From a virus (Duplodnaviria; Caudoviricetes), in the IMG/VR virus record IMGVR_UViG_3300047160_003205, positions 14,845 through 78,844 of that record: a stretch of DNA of 64,000 bases; one strand, given 5' to 3'. The position numbers and the translations under genes are program-made. Positions within the stretch are counted from its first letter, which is position 1; each line of letters begins with the position of its first letter. The notes under the pieces were generated by a model that was not told the origin of the DNA, searched no databases, and saw only the letters and a program-made list of their open reading frames with translations. Shown in pieces: positions 9,425 through 19,328 of this stretch.

Positions 9425-10423
9425 CTAAAGAGAGAACGTCCAGCGCTGTCTCACCATATCATAGCGCCCGGCGTCCATCCATCCGGCAATGAGCCTGACG
9501 TCCTGTATGAGGCTATCCAGCAGCAGCCCAGGCCTCGCCGTCGCATAGCGCCCGAGCGAGAACACATTGTGCTTGTCGGTGGCCCAGTGGATGAAGAACC
9601 GCCGGGCGGTCTCTCGCACAGGCAATATCTTCTGGTAAGCTGAATACACCACTACCACTTCGCTCAGGTCTTCGTATTGCATCCCCAACAACTCCATGGC
9701 CTCAGTCGCAAGTTGGACTGCTACGAAGTTCTCTATGAGCTGGACATCTGGCACTTCTACAATGAGCTCATTCCCAGTTACAGTGATGCGAGTGAACCGA
9801 AAGGATGGATCAGGAACCAGGAGGCTGACATACGCCTCGCAATCCTTAATCCGTCCACGAATGTTCACGCCAGGGATATTCCTGAACTTAATATCCTCCT
9901 GATACGGATAATTGAGCGCGGCGGCGAGGGAAGGCATGGGGATCGTACTGATGTAAGGCCCCTCGCCACTGAAGTCGGCTGTGTGGCCAAATTCCAGGGC
10001 TCCACTCAACGGCTCCGCGAGCCTGGCAATGAAATCGGGTGGAGCGATATACCTAGTCTCAGTGACTAGTCCTTCAGTTATACTTCGATCAGACCGGCGA
10101 ATACCAGTGTTCTTGAAACTGTAGGAGAGGCAGTCTGCGATTGGATTGCGCCATGGAAGCGTGCCCTTGATCATGAGGACTTGCTTGAACGGGATACCAG
10201 TGGCATCACCGACCGCCCCCGTCCGGAAGCGGAGGGTGGCGGAGTGATTGTTGGGGAGTTCGGACTGTGATTCGAGGATGGTCGGCTTCCGGCGCAAGAG
10301 CAGGTTCCCTGCTAAGAGCCCTGCCATCCCTGCGCCAATGATTGTTACCATTCCACCCTCCGGAACGACGGCTGGGACATCACGCCCACTTACGGCTTGG
10401 AAGGCTCGGAGAGGACCTAACAA
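9425..10423 (-). CDS. FAD/NAD(P)-binding oxidoreductase (UDP-galactopyranose mutase-like fold)
   Basis: TIIGAGMAG dinucleotide-binding motif; C-terminal NVFSLGRYA. Start probably near MVTIIGAG. Confidence 0.72.
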   Translation of the reverse strand: MLGPLRAFQAVSGRDVPAVVPEGGMVTIIGAGMAGLLAGNLLLRRKPTILESQSELPNNHSATLRFRTGAVGDATGIPFKQVLMIKGTLPWRNPIADCLSYSFKNTGIRRSDRSITEGLVTETRYIAPPDFIARLAEPLSGALEFGHTADFSGEGPYISTIPMPSLAAALNYPYQEDIKFRNIPGVNIRGRIKDCEAYVSLLVPDPSFRFTRITVTGNELIVEVPDVQLIENFVAVQLATEAMELLGMQYEDLSEVVVVYSAYQKILPVRETARRFFIHWATDKHNVFSLGRYATARPGLLLDSLIQDVRLIAGWMDAGRYDMVRQRWTFSL

Positions 10424-10465
10424 GCACCGTCGCCACGCGCACCTACGCCTGAGACCGGAGCGGTG

Positions 10466-11269
10466 TCACATAGGCGCGCTGTCTGGATCCACTTCTTCGA
10501 ATTGGACGGGGGTCTCTACCATCTTCTCACCCGCCTCGAATGAGTTGTTTAGTTCTTCGCCCCGGTTGTATTCATCCTGCTCCTGGACCCAACCGGCATC
10601 CGAGATGTCCCAGGTCATCCAGGTTCCAGCCGCATTGGTGCGCGGCTTCGTCCGCAGCCGGTAGAGGCAAGCCCATGACGGCGGCTTCACCCCAAACGCC
10701 TTCTTCCGGTTCATCATAAACATCCAGTTCCGAGACACCGTATGTCCCGAGGATGTCATGGGAATGACGTAGGGGATCGCCATGTCTTCAAAGATGACAT
10801 AGCCCGTATGATAGCGCGTCTGTACCACCTCATTCCCATTGGGACGAACCCATCGGAACTTGTTGGGGTTCTGAGGGTCTTGCTTTTGCTCAGCGTCAGC
10901 CGGGCGCTCTAGGTGACGGCCTACAAAGCCGCCGCCTTTTGACCTGGGTATCCATTCAACCCAATCAACATGGAAGTAGCAAGGCTGGAACAATATCCCG
11001 TCATCCCCATTGATAGCGGGGACACCACTGTTCCGAAGCCATATTGCCCCCGCCTCTCCCCCTTCAACATAATTTGGGTCTTTCCTCTGAGCCTGTGGGC
11101 TTTGGGCTTGAAGGATATAAATGAGAGGGACGAGGTTGTCCTCCGCCCGGGTACTGACCCCCTTCCCGGCATCCTTAACGACTGACTCCTTGAGGAAGGC
11201 CGGAACAGTTCCGGGTTCGGGAACGGATGGAAGGTTGGTTTCTTCTGAGGCTGCTGCTTTCGCCATCAT
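10466..11269 (-). CDS. Putative ssDNA-binding/annealing protein
   Basis: Replication-module context, aromatic beta-rich core (YVEWIPR.KGGGFVGRH) and an acidic C-terminal tail. Confidence 0.5.
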   Translation of the reverse strand: MMAKAAASEETNLPSVPEPGTVPAFLKESVVKDAGKGVSTRAEDNLVPLIYILQAQSPQAQRKDPNYVEGGEAGAIWLRNSGVPAINGDDGILFQPCYFHVDWVEWIPRSKGGGFVGRHLERPADAEQKQDPQNPNKFRWVRPNGNEVVQTRYHTGYVIFEDMAIPYVIPMTSSGHTVSRNWMFMMNRKKAFGVKPPSWACLYRLRTKPRTNAAGTWMTWDISDAGWVQEQDEYNRGEELNNSFEAGEKMVETPVQFEEVDPDSAPM

Positions 11270-11895
11270 TTCTGGTCCTTGAGCTTGACGATACGGCCCA
11301 CTGTGCCGCCGATCTTGTCGAGGTCCGGTAGCTTGTGTTTCACTTCCACCTGTTCTTTTAGCCAGGCGGTAAGGGTCATGTTATGAACTGACTCGGCCAC
11401 AATGGGAAGATAACCCATTGCTTGGAGCTTCATGACTAGCTCCTGAGCCCGGGCGCGGTCCTCGCGGTTGAAAGGGACGGTGACGATAGTCTTGATAAGG
11501 TCTTTCGCATCCATCCCTTCCAGGTACGCGAAGCCCTCGGTGCGCTTCGTGTGGTCCCATTCCGCGCTAATGTTAGCGCGGTAGTAGGGGGAGGCCGTCG
11601 CGATCACCCCTGGATAGTTGCCCTCTGGGGGAAGGCTAATGCTATCGACCCCGACCTCATCAAACAGATCAGGCAAGTCTTTCATGTAGAGATTGTAGAG
11701 TGCGATGTTCGTCTCTTTAAGGCGGGCCTCTAGGTCCGCCTTCTCGCTTTCCATCGCTCTCGCGCCCGATACGGCGTCGCGGAGCCGCTGTAAGCGGTCG
11801 GCGCTAGGGGTAGATCGGTCCTCGGTGAGAAGCCGCCGTAGAGCCTCGGGCGGGCCGGAATTGGTGTCCGGGCTTTTTCTGGGCAATTTGGCCAT
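11266..11895 (-). CDS. Phage replication-module hypothetical protein
   Basis: Coiled-coil N-terminus, LPDLFDEVG and VHNMTLTAWLKEQ motifs; coupled to 10466-11269. Confidence 0.55.
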   Translation of the reverse strand: MAKLPRKSPDTNSGPPEALRRLLTEDRSTPSADRLQRLRDAVSGARAMESEKADLEARLKETNIALYNLYMKDLPDLFDEVGVDSISLPPEGNYPGVIATASPYYRANISAEWDHTKRTEGFAYLEGMDAKDLIKTIVTVPFNREDRARAQELVMKLQAMGYLPIVAESVHNMTLTAWLKEQVEVKHKLPDLDKIGGTVGRIVKLKDQK

Positions 11896-11990
11896 ATGGT
11901 AGGTGCTCCGTCGATCTCAGGAGCCTAATCCATATGGGAGTAGAAAGAAAGTGGAAAGTTATGGACAATTCATCTGTATGACATATAGAC

Positions 11991-12038
11991 AAAAAAGATG
12001 CGTCCCAGGCTTCCGGGGCTGTGGAAACCTGGGACGCC
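11991..12038 (-). terminator. Intrinsic terminator
   Basis: GCGTCCCAGG/CCTGGGACGC 10-bp inverted repeat followed by a T-run on the minus strand. A second hairpin lies at about 12039-12079. Confidence 0.6.
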
Positions 12039-12086
12039 GCTAAACCGCCAGTGGGTGGGGCTGGGGGCGGTTCAGCGAACTGATGC

Positions 12087-12485
12087 TTACTTGGGCTCCT
12101 TGATCAGGACCTCAGTCCAGAAGAAGCCCTTTCCAGGAACATAGGCCAGAACCCAAACGCTGGGCTCATCCTTCATTTCCGGAATCACAGGAAGCTGGGT
12201 CGGGAACAACGGGTGAGAGGGCGTGCCCGGGGGTAGCTCCGGAAGCTGATCCGGATAGATTGGCGCTGGAAGATGGGCCGGGAAGGATGGTTCGCCCGGC
12301 GCTGGAAGGTGCGACGGGTGGCCTGGGCCAGGGCCAGCGATGGGATGCTCCGGCGTGCCCGGGGGTGGCGCCACTGGCGGGGTAGGTGTAGGACGAGGCT
12401 CACCAGGCGGTTCGGCGATAGGGTGAACCGGGTGAGCGCCTGGATCTAGCTCAACCCAGGTAATCAGTGCGAGGTGCGAAGACAT
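12087..12485 (-). CDS. Pro/His-rich repeat protein
   Basis: HPI/HLP-P repeats, ending in WVLAYVPGKGFFW. Confidence 0.6.
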   Translation of the reverse strand: MSSHLALITWVELDPGAHPVHPIAEPPGEPRPTPTPPVAPPPGTPEHPIAGPGPGHPSHLPAPGEPSFPAHLPAPIYPDQLPELPPGTPSHPLFPTQLPVIPEMKDEPSVWVLAYVPGKGFFWTEVLIKEPK

Positions 12486-12624
12486 TGGTACTCCTAATGA
12501 GGGGAAGGCGGCGGACAGTAGTTGACCAGCACATAAGCCGCTCTTTCTGGCTGGTCAGTCGGCTGCTCCGGTGGCGGTGTTGGACACCCCTGCAACACCG
12601 TCCCGAGGATTACGGCCACAAGCA

Positions 12625-12849
12625 TCAGCGACGATGCCTATGGTGATGGTGCCGGTGCCTATGGTGCCCGCGCCGGCAGTCGGTCGCCAATTTGTACGAG
12701 GCCGGGATCATCCGGGGGCTCGCACTAGGCGGCGCGGCAGTCGACATGGAGATAGGGGCCGGGGACACGGGCTTCGGCATATCGACGCTCGTGGTGGGAG
12801 CCCCGGTCAGGAGCACATAGGCGGCGGCGTAGATGACTCTGTCAAGCAT
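12625..12849 (-). CDS. Small exported protein with His/Arg-rich tail
   Basis: Hydrophobic N-terminus; C-terminal CRRGHHRHRHHHHRHRR. Confidence 0.45.
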   Translation of the reverse strand: MLDRVIYAAAYVLLTGAPTTSVDMPKPVSPAPISMSTAAPPSASPRMIPASYKLATDCRRGHHRHRHHHHRHRR

Positions 12850-12898
12850 GACACTCTCCTAGGAATGAGCGCGGGGGAGTTTACCCCCCGCGTCATTA

Positions 12899-13843
12899 TC
12901 AGCCGCGTGGCGTCTTGGGCACCTCCTGCGTCGGTGGCTCGGGCGGGGGAGCCGCCTGAGGAGCCGCTTCCGGCGGTGGCGGAGGGGGAGCGCTGTAGAA
13001 GTTGATCGGCGGCGGCGCGGGAGGCGGGGTTGGCGGCGCGGGCTCGTAGGATGACGGCCCTTGCTGTTGATACCCTGCCGTTCCCGGACAGGGGCGTCCC
13101 ACCTTCTCGAAGGCTTCCTCGATCATCTTATCGCCGCAAAGGACGGCTCGCGCCGCTTCACGGTCGCCGGTCAGGTTCGCAACTTCGCGGGCGTTCAACC
13201 GGCGGACGCACGACTTGTCGGTCCAAGAGGACCCCAAGCTGAACCCCCAGCCCATACCAGCACCCCCAGCCGACGTAGAGCCCATACAGGTATCCGTGAG
13301 GGTCGTCGTCAGCGCGGGAGCATAGACATTTGGAGTTGACGTTACCCGCGTGCTCGTGTGATCGGGGATCGCCGGGCTGTTGAGAGTGATATCCTGGCGG
13401 TTCCCGGCGTTGGATGCCTGGTTCTGAGCCGACGAGTTGGCGTTCCCCCCCGTCGCGTTTCCCCCGTTGGCCTTCGCGACCGAAGAAGTGGAGGCCGACG
13501 AGTTGGCATTGCTGGTGGAGGTATCAGGTCCCACCGTGGTCGTCTGCGGCCCTACCGTCGTCGTCTGAGGACCGACAGTGGTCTGTTGACCACCGTTATT
13601 GGCGTTCGACGCGGACCCCGAGTTGGCGCCGCTCGTGGAGTTGGAGTTGGAGGTATCCGGGCCAACGGTGACGCCGCCGTTGTTAGCGGACGAGCCTCCA
13701 TTGGTAATGGAACCCTGCGTCTGGGTCTGGGCCTGGTTGGCGGCTGCGCCGCTATTCGCGGTGGAATCCGAGGATTGCTGCGCGAGCGCGGACCCTCCCA
13801 CCAGGACGAGAGCGAGGGCGCTCGTCAGAAGAAGCTTTTTCAT
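12899..13843 (-). CDS. Secreted N/S/G/Q/T-rich protein with Cys-containing C-terminal domain
   Basis: Start reassigned to MKKLLLTSALALVLVGGSALA (signal peptide, RBS AGGGG). TCMGS...DKSCVRRLNAR...LC...GRPC domain and Pro-rich tail. Confidence 0.75.
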   Translation of the reverse strand: MKKLLLTSALALVLVGGSALAQQSSDSTANSGAAANQAQTQTQGSITNGGSSANNGGVTVGPDTSNSNSTSGANSGSASNANNGGQQTTVGPQTTTVGPQTTTVGPDTSTSNANSSASTSSVAKANGGNATGGNANSSAQNQASNAGNRQDITLNSPAIPDHTSTRVTSTPNVYAPALTTTLTDTCMGSTSAGGAGMGWGFSLGSSWTDKSCVRRLNAREVANLTGDREAARAVLCGDKMIEEAFEKVGRPCPGTAGYQQQGPSSYEPAPPTPPPAPPPINFYSAPPPPPPEAAPQAAPPPEPPTQEVPKTPRG

Positions 13844-13916
13844 GGTGCCCCTATTTGAGGATGTTTTAAGACTGGAAAGGGCGGGGACCAAAGCCCCCGC
13901 CCCCCCAAAGCGCCCT

Positions 13917-14258
13917 TTAGTGCGCGGAGGCCGTCGCCGTGCCGTTTCCGGTCTGGAACGAGAACGAGCCGGTGAGGGCCGCGCCCGTCGAGCCGTTGAC
14001 GTTGACGGCCGAGCCAGTCGTGGTCGTGCCCGCATGCGTCGCCGAGAACACCGGCTGAAGGCTCAGCGCCTGAGCATTCGAGTTCGTGGTGTTCGTCGCC
14101 GTCGAAGCCGAGCCCGAAATGCCCGGACCGACTTGGACCGCTGCGCCGCCGCTGGCGACGGTGCTGGAGGCGGTCGCGGTCGTATCGGCGGCCGCAAGCG
14201 CCGAGCCCGCACCAGCGAGCACGGCAAAAGCGGCAACCGTTGCGAAAAGCTTCTTCAT
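13917..14258 (-). CDS. Secreted Ala/Ser/Thr-rich protein
   Basis: Signal peptide MKKLFATVAAFAVLAGAGSALA; low-complexity beta-prone mature part. Confidence 0.75.
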   Translation of the reverse strand: MKKLFATVAAFAVLAGAGSALAAADTTATASSTVASGGAAVQVGPGISGSASTATNTTNSNAQALSLQPVFSATHAGTTTTGSAVNVNGSTGAALTGSFSFQTGNGTATASAH

Positions 14259-14403
14259 GATTCGAGGTTCCTCTGCCCTACGTCGGGAATATGATCTCGG
14301 GAAGTGGCGTAGGGCGTCCCCCCACCCGAGAAACCGAACTTTCTTTATCCTACCCTAAGCGTTCTGCTTCCGCGCTGGTTTTCGTTCGCCCAGACGATTT
14401 TTC

Positions 14404-14619
14404 TCATTTCGAGCATGGCGGCGGTATGATCGTGACATATCGTGGCCTGACTTGAATTGAGATTGCCCAAAGGAGGAGCAGGAACCAGCCCAGCACCGTC
14501 CAGCCGAGTATAACGTTCAGAAAGAAAAGAGGAACAAAATCCCATGATCTTTTGCTGAGCGCTATCGACGTTGGCAGGAAGTACGCCGCCAACAACAACA
14601 CTAAGAGAACCCACTCCAT
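14404..14619 (-). CDS. imm: Superinfection immunity protein (T4 Imm family)
   Basis: YFLPTSIA...FFLNVILGWTVLGWFLLLLWA signature. Confidence 0.85.
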   Translation of the reverse strand: MEWVLLVLLLAAYFLPTSIALSKRSWDFVPLFFLNVILGWTVLGWFLLLLWAISIQVRPRYVTIIPPPCSK

Positions 14620-14658
14620 TGGACTTACCCCCTTTCAGCGACGGAACGGTAAATGCGC

Positions 14659-15894
14659 CTAAAACCAGGTGCGATAGTTGAAGTGTGACTCGCGGATTTT
14701 GACGAGGACGATGCGATAGCCCTTGTCGTGGACGACGACCTCGGTCATATCGTTGTTCATCTCCACGCCCTCTTTCTGGGTCAGGTCAATGGTAAGAACC
14801 GTCCGGACCCGCGTGCGTCGCCCGTTCTTATCACGGGCATAGACGGTGATCGGCCACTTCCCGTCGCCCTTCCCGCTGAAGGGGCTCGCGATTTCCGAAG
14901 GGAAGTAGTCGTCGCTCATCTTTCTTGACTTGGGAGCCCCCTCTTCATCCTCCTGTTCGTACATTTCCATTACTCCATGGGGGTCTTCCCTAAACCCATG
15001 TTCACCCAGCAGCATCCCCTTGGGATCGTACACTTCCACCCGGTACTTCGCATTCGTGGAGACGTAGGTGATATTGAGGATGTCGAGGACATCCTTCACA
15101 TCCTCGCCGTAGCGGTTGAGTTCCTCGGTGATGGCCTGGAGCATGTCGAAGCTGAAGTTGAAGATCATGGCGCCGAGGCGGACGACCGCTTCCAGCTTGG
15201 ACTTGTCTTCTAGGTTGACCCCGAGGTACTCGCGCACGAACGCCTCGTCCAACCCGCCGAACTCTAGGGCGTAGAAGATGCGGCCGGGGCGGTTGAGGAA
15301 GTTCTTGTCGATCTTGTACTTGTCGTTGCTCGTGATCACCATCAGCTTCTTGCTACTGAACGCGCCGTCGAACAACGTGAGGAGGGCTTCCTGCTTATCC
15401 TCCTCATGGTACACCTTCTCGAACTCATCGAACAGGACGAGGGCCGGTTGCTCGAACTTCCTGATGAACTCGTTGAAGTCTGAGCCCGCATAGGGCTCGT
15501 CCACCAGGAAGATCGGGTATCCCGCGTCCACTGCGAGATTGGCGAGGAGCTTCAGGAGGAGGGACTTGCCCGCCCCCTTGTTTCCGAACAGGAGCACGCC
15601 CGTCGTGGACGGGCGATCCGCGAAGGTGTTAAGAAACCGGGTAGCCATCTTCGGGCAAGAGCCATAGATGCGCTCCGGCAGTTCGAAGGGGAAGGTGCGA
15701 GTGAGGTGATACCCCACCAACTGATTGAAGTTGACGAGGTAGAACCCTGGCGGCACCCGGTCCAGGATGTCGCCGTCCAGTCGGGACGACACGAAGATGC
15801 GGGACCCGGTGGATCGGAAGACGGTGGGCTCTGCCGTTCCCTTCACCTTCCGCCTAACTTCGTGGATATCTGCTTTTTCCAACATTTTGTTCAT
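14659..15894 (-). CDS. AAA+ ATPase
   Basis: Walker A GNKGAGKS, Walker B LFDEFEK, sensor TSN, NRPGRI. Confidence 0.9.
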   Translation of the reverse strand: MNKMLEKADIHEVRRKVKGTAEPTVFRSTGSRIFVSSRLDGDILDRVPPGFYLVNFNQLVGYHLTRTFPFELPERIYGSCPKMATRFLNTFADRPSTTGVLLFGNKGAGKSLLLKLLANLAVDAGYPIFLVDEPYAGSDFNEFIRKFEQPALVLFDEFEKVYHEEDKQEALLTLFDGAFSSKKLMVITSNDKYKIDKNFLNRPGRIFYALEFGGLDEAFVREYLGVNLEDKSKLEAVVRLGAMIFNFSFDMLQAITEELNRYGEDVKDVLDILNITYVSTNAKYRVEVYDPKGMLLGEHGFREDPHGVMEMYEQEDEEGAPKSRKMSDDYFPSEIASPFSGKGDGKWPITVYARDKNGRRTRVRTVLTIDLTQKEGVEMNNDMTEVVVHDKGYRIVLVKIRESHFNYRTWF

Positions 15895-15920
15895 GCTTTA
15901 GTCTCCGCTGATGGGGTACG

Positions 15921-17348
15921 CTATTGAGGGATGGCGTAGTAGCCACCCCCCTGGTCGATAACCTCTTTCGCGAGGATCATCTTGTGGAAGGTCGCGTACA
16001 GGGGGCCTTCCTTGATATTATGCTTCTCGGCGAGCGACCGGATGTCGCTCGACTTGAAGTCCTTTCCTGCGTAGATCGACATGTCGTCGAGGATCAGCTG
16101 GCGGATATCATCGGTCGGCTCGGGGTCGGGGGGAGGCTGTTCTACCGGGACCTCATTTACCTGAAGCGGCGGAAGCCCATCCGCTAGCAGCGAAGGACGC
16201 GGCGGTAGCAACCGCAACTTGCCGCCCGGAAGCTCCTCAAATCGTCCGATATGGACGAAGTTCCGAACTTGCTTAAGGAGGGTGGAGCGCCCGAAGCCCT
16301 GGTGAAGAAGGCCCTCGGTGACCTCTAGCTTGTCGAAGGGAGCGCCGTGAAAGGACTCAGCTTTCGTTGTTATCGCTTCCGCCGCTTCCTCGCCCTTGAA
16401 CCTGAAGGGGGCTGGAGACGACGGCGGCTTAGGGGGGACCTTGGCGGCCCGGCTGAAGCTAAGGGGTTGATTACCCGGGACCTTGAGTACCCTGTACTGG
16501 CCCGAGCGGAACGGGCCAATCGACTCAAGATACCCGTTCCTACACAGCTTCGTGACCGCCACCGAGATAGAGCTCATCGACTGAACAAGCTCAGCCGCGA
16601 ATGGGTTAAGGTCCTGAACCTGAATAAGCTCCCCCACGACCCGACCCATCATAATCCGGTCCGCCATTGTGACCTTTTCAGAGGGGACCGCAGGGGCGGG
16701 AGTAAGTACTGGGATCGGAGTAGGCCGGTCGGGAGTAGGACCTGATTCCTCCGAGGGTTCCGCGTTTGGTCCCAAGCGATAAGTGGGCGGCGTGTCACTG
16801 ACGCGGACAATCCGCCGTAGCTCGGTAAGTTCTGAGAGCGTCTTCGGGAGCGACCCGATGGGGCGGTCGTCGCGCTGCCATGCTTTTACGATGTCATGGC
16901 GGGTTAGCTCGCCAGTGGAACTCTCCGCGATCTGGTCCACGGTGAACTGGCGGTGGGTCGCGTACTTCGGCTCAGGGTACTCGGGGTAGACGACACCGTC
17001 ATCCTTCGCCCGCTCCAGCGCCGAGTCCAGCGCTACCTCCATCAACGTTTCAGCAGGCACCTCGACCGTGACCTCCGGCAGGAACTCCGGAGGTTTCAGT
17101 AGCTCCGGATTGAACGCCGGAGCCGGGGGAGCCAACATTGGCGGCGGCTCTACGCGCGTAGGCTTAGACGGAGCCGCAACGACGGCCCGAACGGTGGCTT
17201 TACCGTCGCCGTTGATGTTCTGGACCCTAAAGTCCCAACGGGACGTCAGGAGGATTTCGATGAGGGCGAGCGCAGGCTTGTCCTCTAGGTCAATGATAAT
17301 GCGCTTACGCATGGGTGTTTTCCTGATTATCGAACTTGTCGAGTTCAC
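15921..17348 (-). CDS. Multi-domain protein with several short winged-helix-like units and Pro-rich linkers
   Basis: Repeated helix-helix-'YRL/YRV/LRLL/YYAI' units separated by Pro-rich spacers. Start probably MRKRII. Confidence 0.5.
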   Translation of the reverse strand: MNSTSSIIRKTPMRKRIIIDLEDKPALALIEILLTSRWDFRVQNINGDGKATVRAVVAAPSKPTRVEPPPMLAPPAPAFNPELLKPPEFLPEVTVEVPAETLMEVALDSALERAKDDGVVYPEYPEPKYATHRQFTVDQIAESSTGELTRHDIVKAWQRDDRPIGSLPKTLSELTELRRIVRVSDTPPTYRLGPNAEPSEESGPTPDRPTPIPVLTPAPAVPSEKVTMADRIMMGRVVGELIQVQDLNPFAAELVQSMSSISVAVTKLCRNGYLESIGPFRSGQYRVLKVPGNQPLSFSRAAKVPPKPPSSPAPFRFKGEEAAEAITTKAESFHGAPFDKLEVTEGLLHQGFGRSTLLKQVRNFVHIGRFEELPGGKLRLLPPRPSLLADGLPPLQVNEVPVEQPPPDPEPTDDIRQLILDDMSIYAGKDFKSSDIRSLAEKHNIKEGPLYATFHKMILAKEVIDQGGGYYAIPQ

Positions 17349-17591
17349 ATGTGATGAGGTGGACTGCCTCGTTTAGCTTCCTGATCTGCTCCTCGTTACT
17401 GTTACGCCTCCCGGGTTCTGGGATGAAGGGCGGAGCGTTGAGAAGCTCCCGCTTCCGCTTCTTCATCATTTGGCGAGCCGCAAACTGGAGAATGTGCCAG
17501 TGCTCGCGCCGAAGGGTTATTTTGATGGGCTGCTGGTAGTATGCCCGCTTCTTGGGGCTATTCGTCACGTCGCGTTTCACGCCGGGAGGTT

Positions 17592-17777
17592 TCATAGCTG
17601 GACTGTCACTCCGTCTGGAGAGATACGGTACAGCCTCGCGCTGGATTCGCCGGGACGGGAGAAGTGGAGGATGATGGACCGACCGTCGCGGCCCTCGCGC
17701 GTGGGAGGAGCCCCGTACTTCCTCGCCAATGCCGCGAGCGCCGATTTCTGGGCCGCTGTCTTCTTGATTTCTACCAC
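17592..17777 (-). CDS. Hypothetical protein
   Basis: 61 aa downstream of a TATAAT at 17795-17800. Confidence 0.45.
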   Translation of the reverse strand: MVEIKKTAAQKSALAALARKYGAPPTREGRDGRSIILHFSRPGESSARLYRISPDGVTVQL

Positions 17778-17831
17778 TTCCGGTCCTTCCCGCGATTATA
17801 GCCGAGGCGGCTAGGGAAAGAAAGCCCCTCA

Positions 17832-18014
17832 TTAAATTGTTATCGTTGGACGGGCGGAAGGCAGTTTCGCCGCTGCCTCTTTGAGGACTTTCAGTAGCTC
17901 CGTGTGGATATACTTGCGAATATGGAGGCGAATACTGAATATCGCCACGGTGTGTCCGAGCAGGTAGCCTGCTCCTGCGACCCCAAACAGGGCCGCCCAA
18001 TCTTCATGTATCAT
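17832..18014 (-). CDS. Small membrane protein
   Basis: 60 aa with one hydrophobic helix, downstream of TATACT at 18060-18065. Confidence 0.45.
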   Translation of the reverse strand: MIHEDWAALFGVAGAGYLLGHTVAIFSIRLHIRKYIHTELLKVLKEAAAKLPSARPTITI

Positions 18015-18139
18015 CTTTTGTCTCGCTTTTTGGAAACGGCGGGGGTTCCCGCGAGCTTAAGTATAGCCGAGCTACAATCTGAAAAAGAAGGCCCCTCAAC
18101 CCGCTGCAAAGGTTGAAGGGCCTGAGTTTCTCCCCTCCA

Positions 18140-19303
18140 TTAATTGATGCTTCGACCTTCAGTATCGTCATCTTCCGGCGGCACTTCCTCAGTGGAAGCG
18201 GCCTGGGTCATGGCCGGAAGTTGGGGTGGAGGTTCCGTGGACGGAGGATCAGCGTCCTTCGTCATTTCTTCCAGAAGGAGATCAGCCACCGTCTTCTTCT
18301 GCTCAGAAGCCGTCTTCCGAATGGCATCCAGTGAGGACTCAGTAAAGCCCATCGTCTTGAGGATGTCGGCGATGAACTCCGGGTTCTCCTTCACGTAGTA
18401 GCCCAAGGTGCCATAGCCGGGATAGCGGCTGTAGAACTCAGTCTCCCTCTGATAGGTCTTGGAGTTGGTGGTAGGCTCGGCCCAATTGAAGTAATGGGTC
18501 GTCTTCCGCTCGGCCGGGTCACGGTGGGCCTCTAGGACGGACCAGTCGGTACGGCACAGCTTACCCCTTAGCGCCATCAGGAACTTGACGTCCTGTTCCT
18601 CGCGGGGGCCGTGCTGAGAGAAGTAGCCCACGCTAAGGTTCGTGCACTCGGGGATAATGTCGATGTAGTTAGCCGTATCGGTGAAGGTCCCAGTCGGGTC
18701 TGGCTTGTACTTGCCGCCGAGAAGCATGCTCATTTGCTTCGCGAACGCCTCGGAACAACACCGCCCTCCCCATTGCTGGGTAATGACGGAGTCATAGCCG
18801 CGCCGGTCCAGGGCGACCGCGAACTTGATGCCTTTCAGAAGCTCGGCGTGGAACTGGGAAATGTACTTACTGCCCGTGCCGCCGGACTCCTCACCGCGAT
18901 GGAAGAGGTAAAGGCCCGGAACCTGCTTCTTGATCATATTCCAAACCAGCCAGAGCCCGGCGCCATCGTCCGCGCCTAAGCACTCGCCGATCTTGGGCTT
19001 GGTGAGCCGCAGGAAGCCGTCACGGAACTCGATCTCCTGGAACCCTGGCCGATGGTGCACGGTATCAGTATGGACGGACCACATGATGTTAGGGGCCGAG
19101 CCATCCGCGTTCACGACCCACTTCCAGTAGTTCCCGTGCCCATCGACCTTAACGTCGAGGGGGAGGATGAAACGCTTGATGAACGCGATCTCAGTCTCGC
19201 TATTGCCGGGGCGCTTGTAGCTCAGCATCGCCATAAGCGCTGGCGGCGGGGTAAGCGTGTTGGCTTTCTTTGGTGCCGGAACCGGCGCCGCATTGTTGTC
19301 CAC
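18140..19303 (-). CDS. Zn-dependent M28/M20-family peptidase
   Basis: HTDTVH, LGADDGAG, HRGEESG, NLSVGYFSQH. Confidence 0.8.
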   Translation of the reverse strand: MDNNAAPVPAPKKANTLTPPPALMAMLSYKRPGNSETEIAFIKRFILPLDVKVDGHGNYWKWVVNADGSAPNIMWSVHTDTVHHRPGFQEIEFRDGFLRLTKPKIGECLGADDGAGLWLVWNMIKKQVPGLYLFHRGEESGGTGSKYISQFHAELLKGIKFAVALDRRGYDSVITQQWGGRCCSEAFAKQMSMLLGGKYKPDPTGTFTDTANYIDIIPECTNLSVGYFSQHGPREEQDVKFLMALRGKLCRTDWSVLEAHRDPAERKTTHYFNWAEPTTNSKTYQRETEFYSRYPGYGTLGYYVKENPEFIADILKTMGFTESSLDAIRKTASEQKKTVADLLLEEMTKDADPPSTEPPPQLPAMTQAASTEEVPPEDDDTEGRSIN

Positions 19304-19328
19304 AATGGACCTCCTCTTGGATTGTGTT

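Noticed and set aside
12899-14035. 378-aa version of the secreted protein
   Set aside because: The extension overlaps 13917-14258 in another frame; the signal peptide and RBS place the start at 13843.
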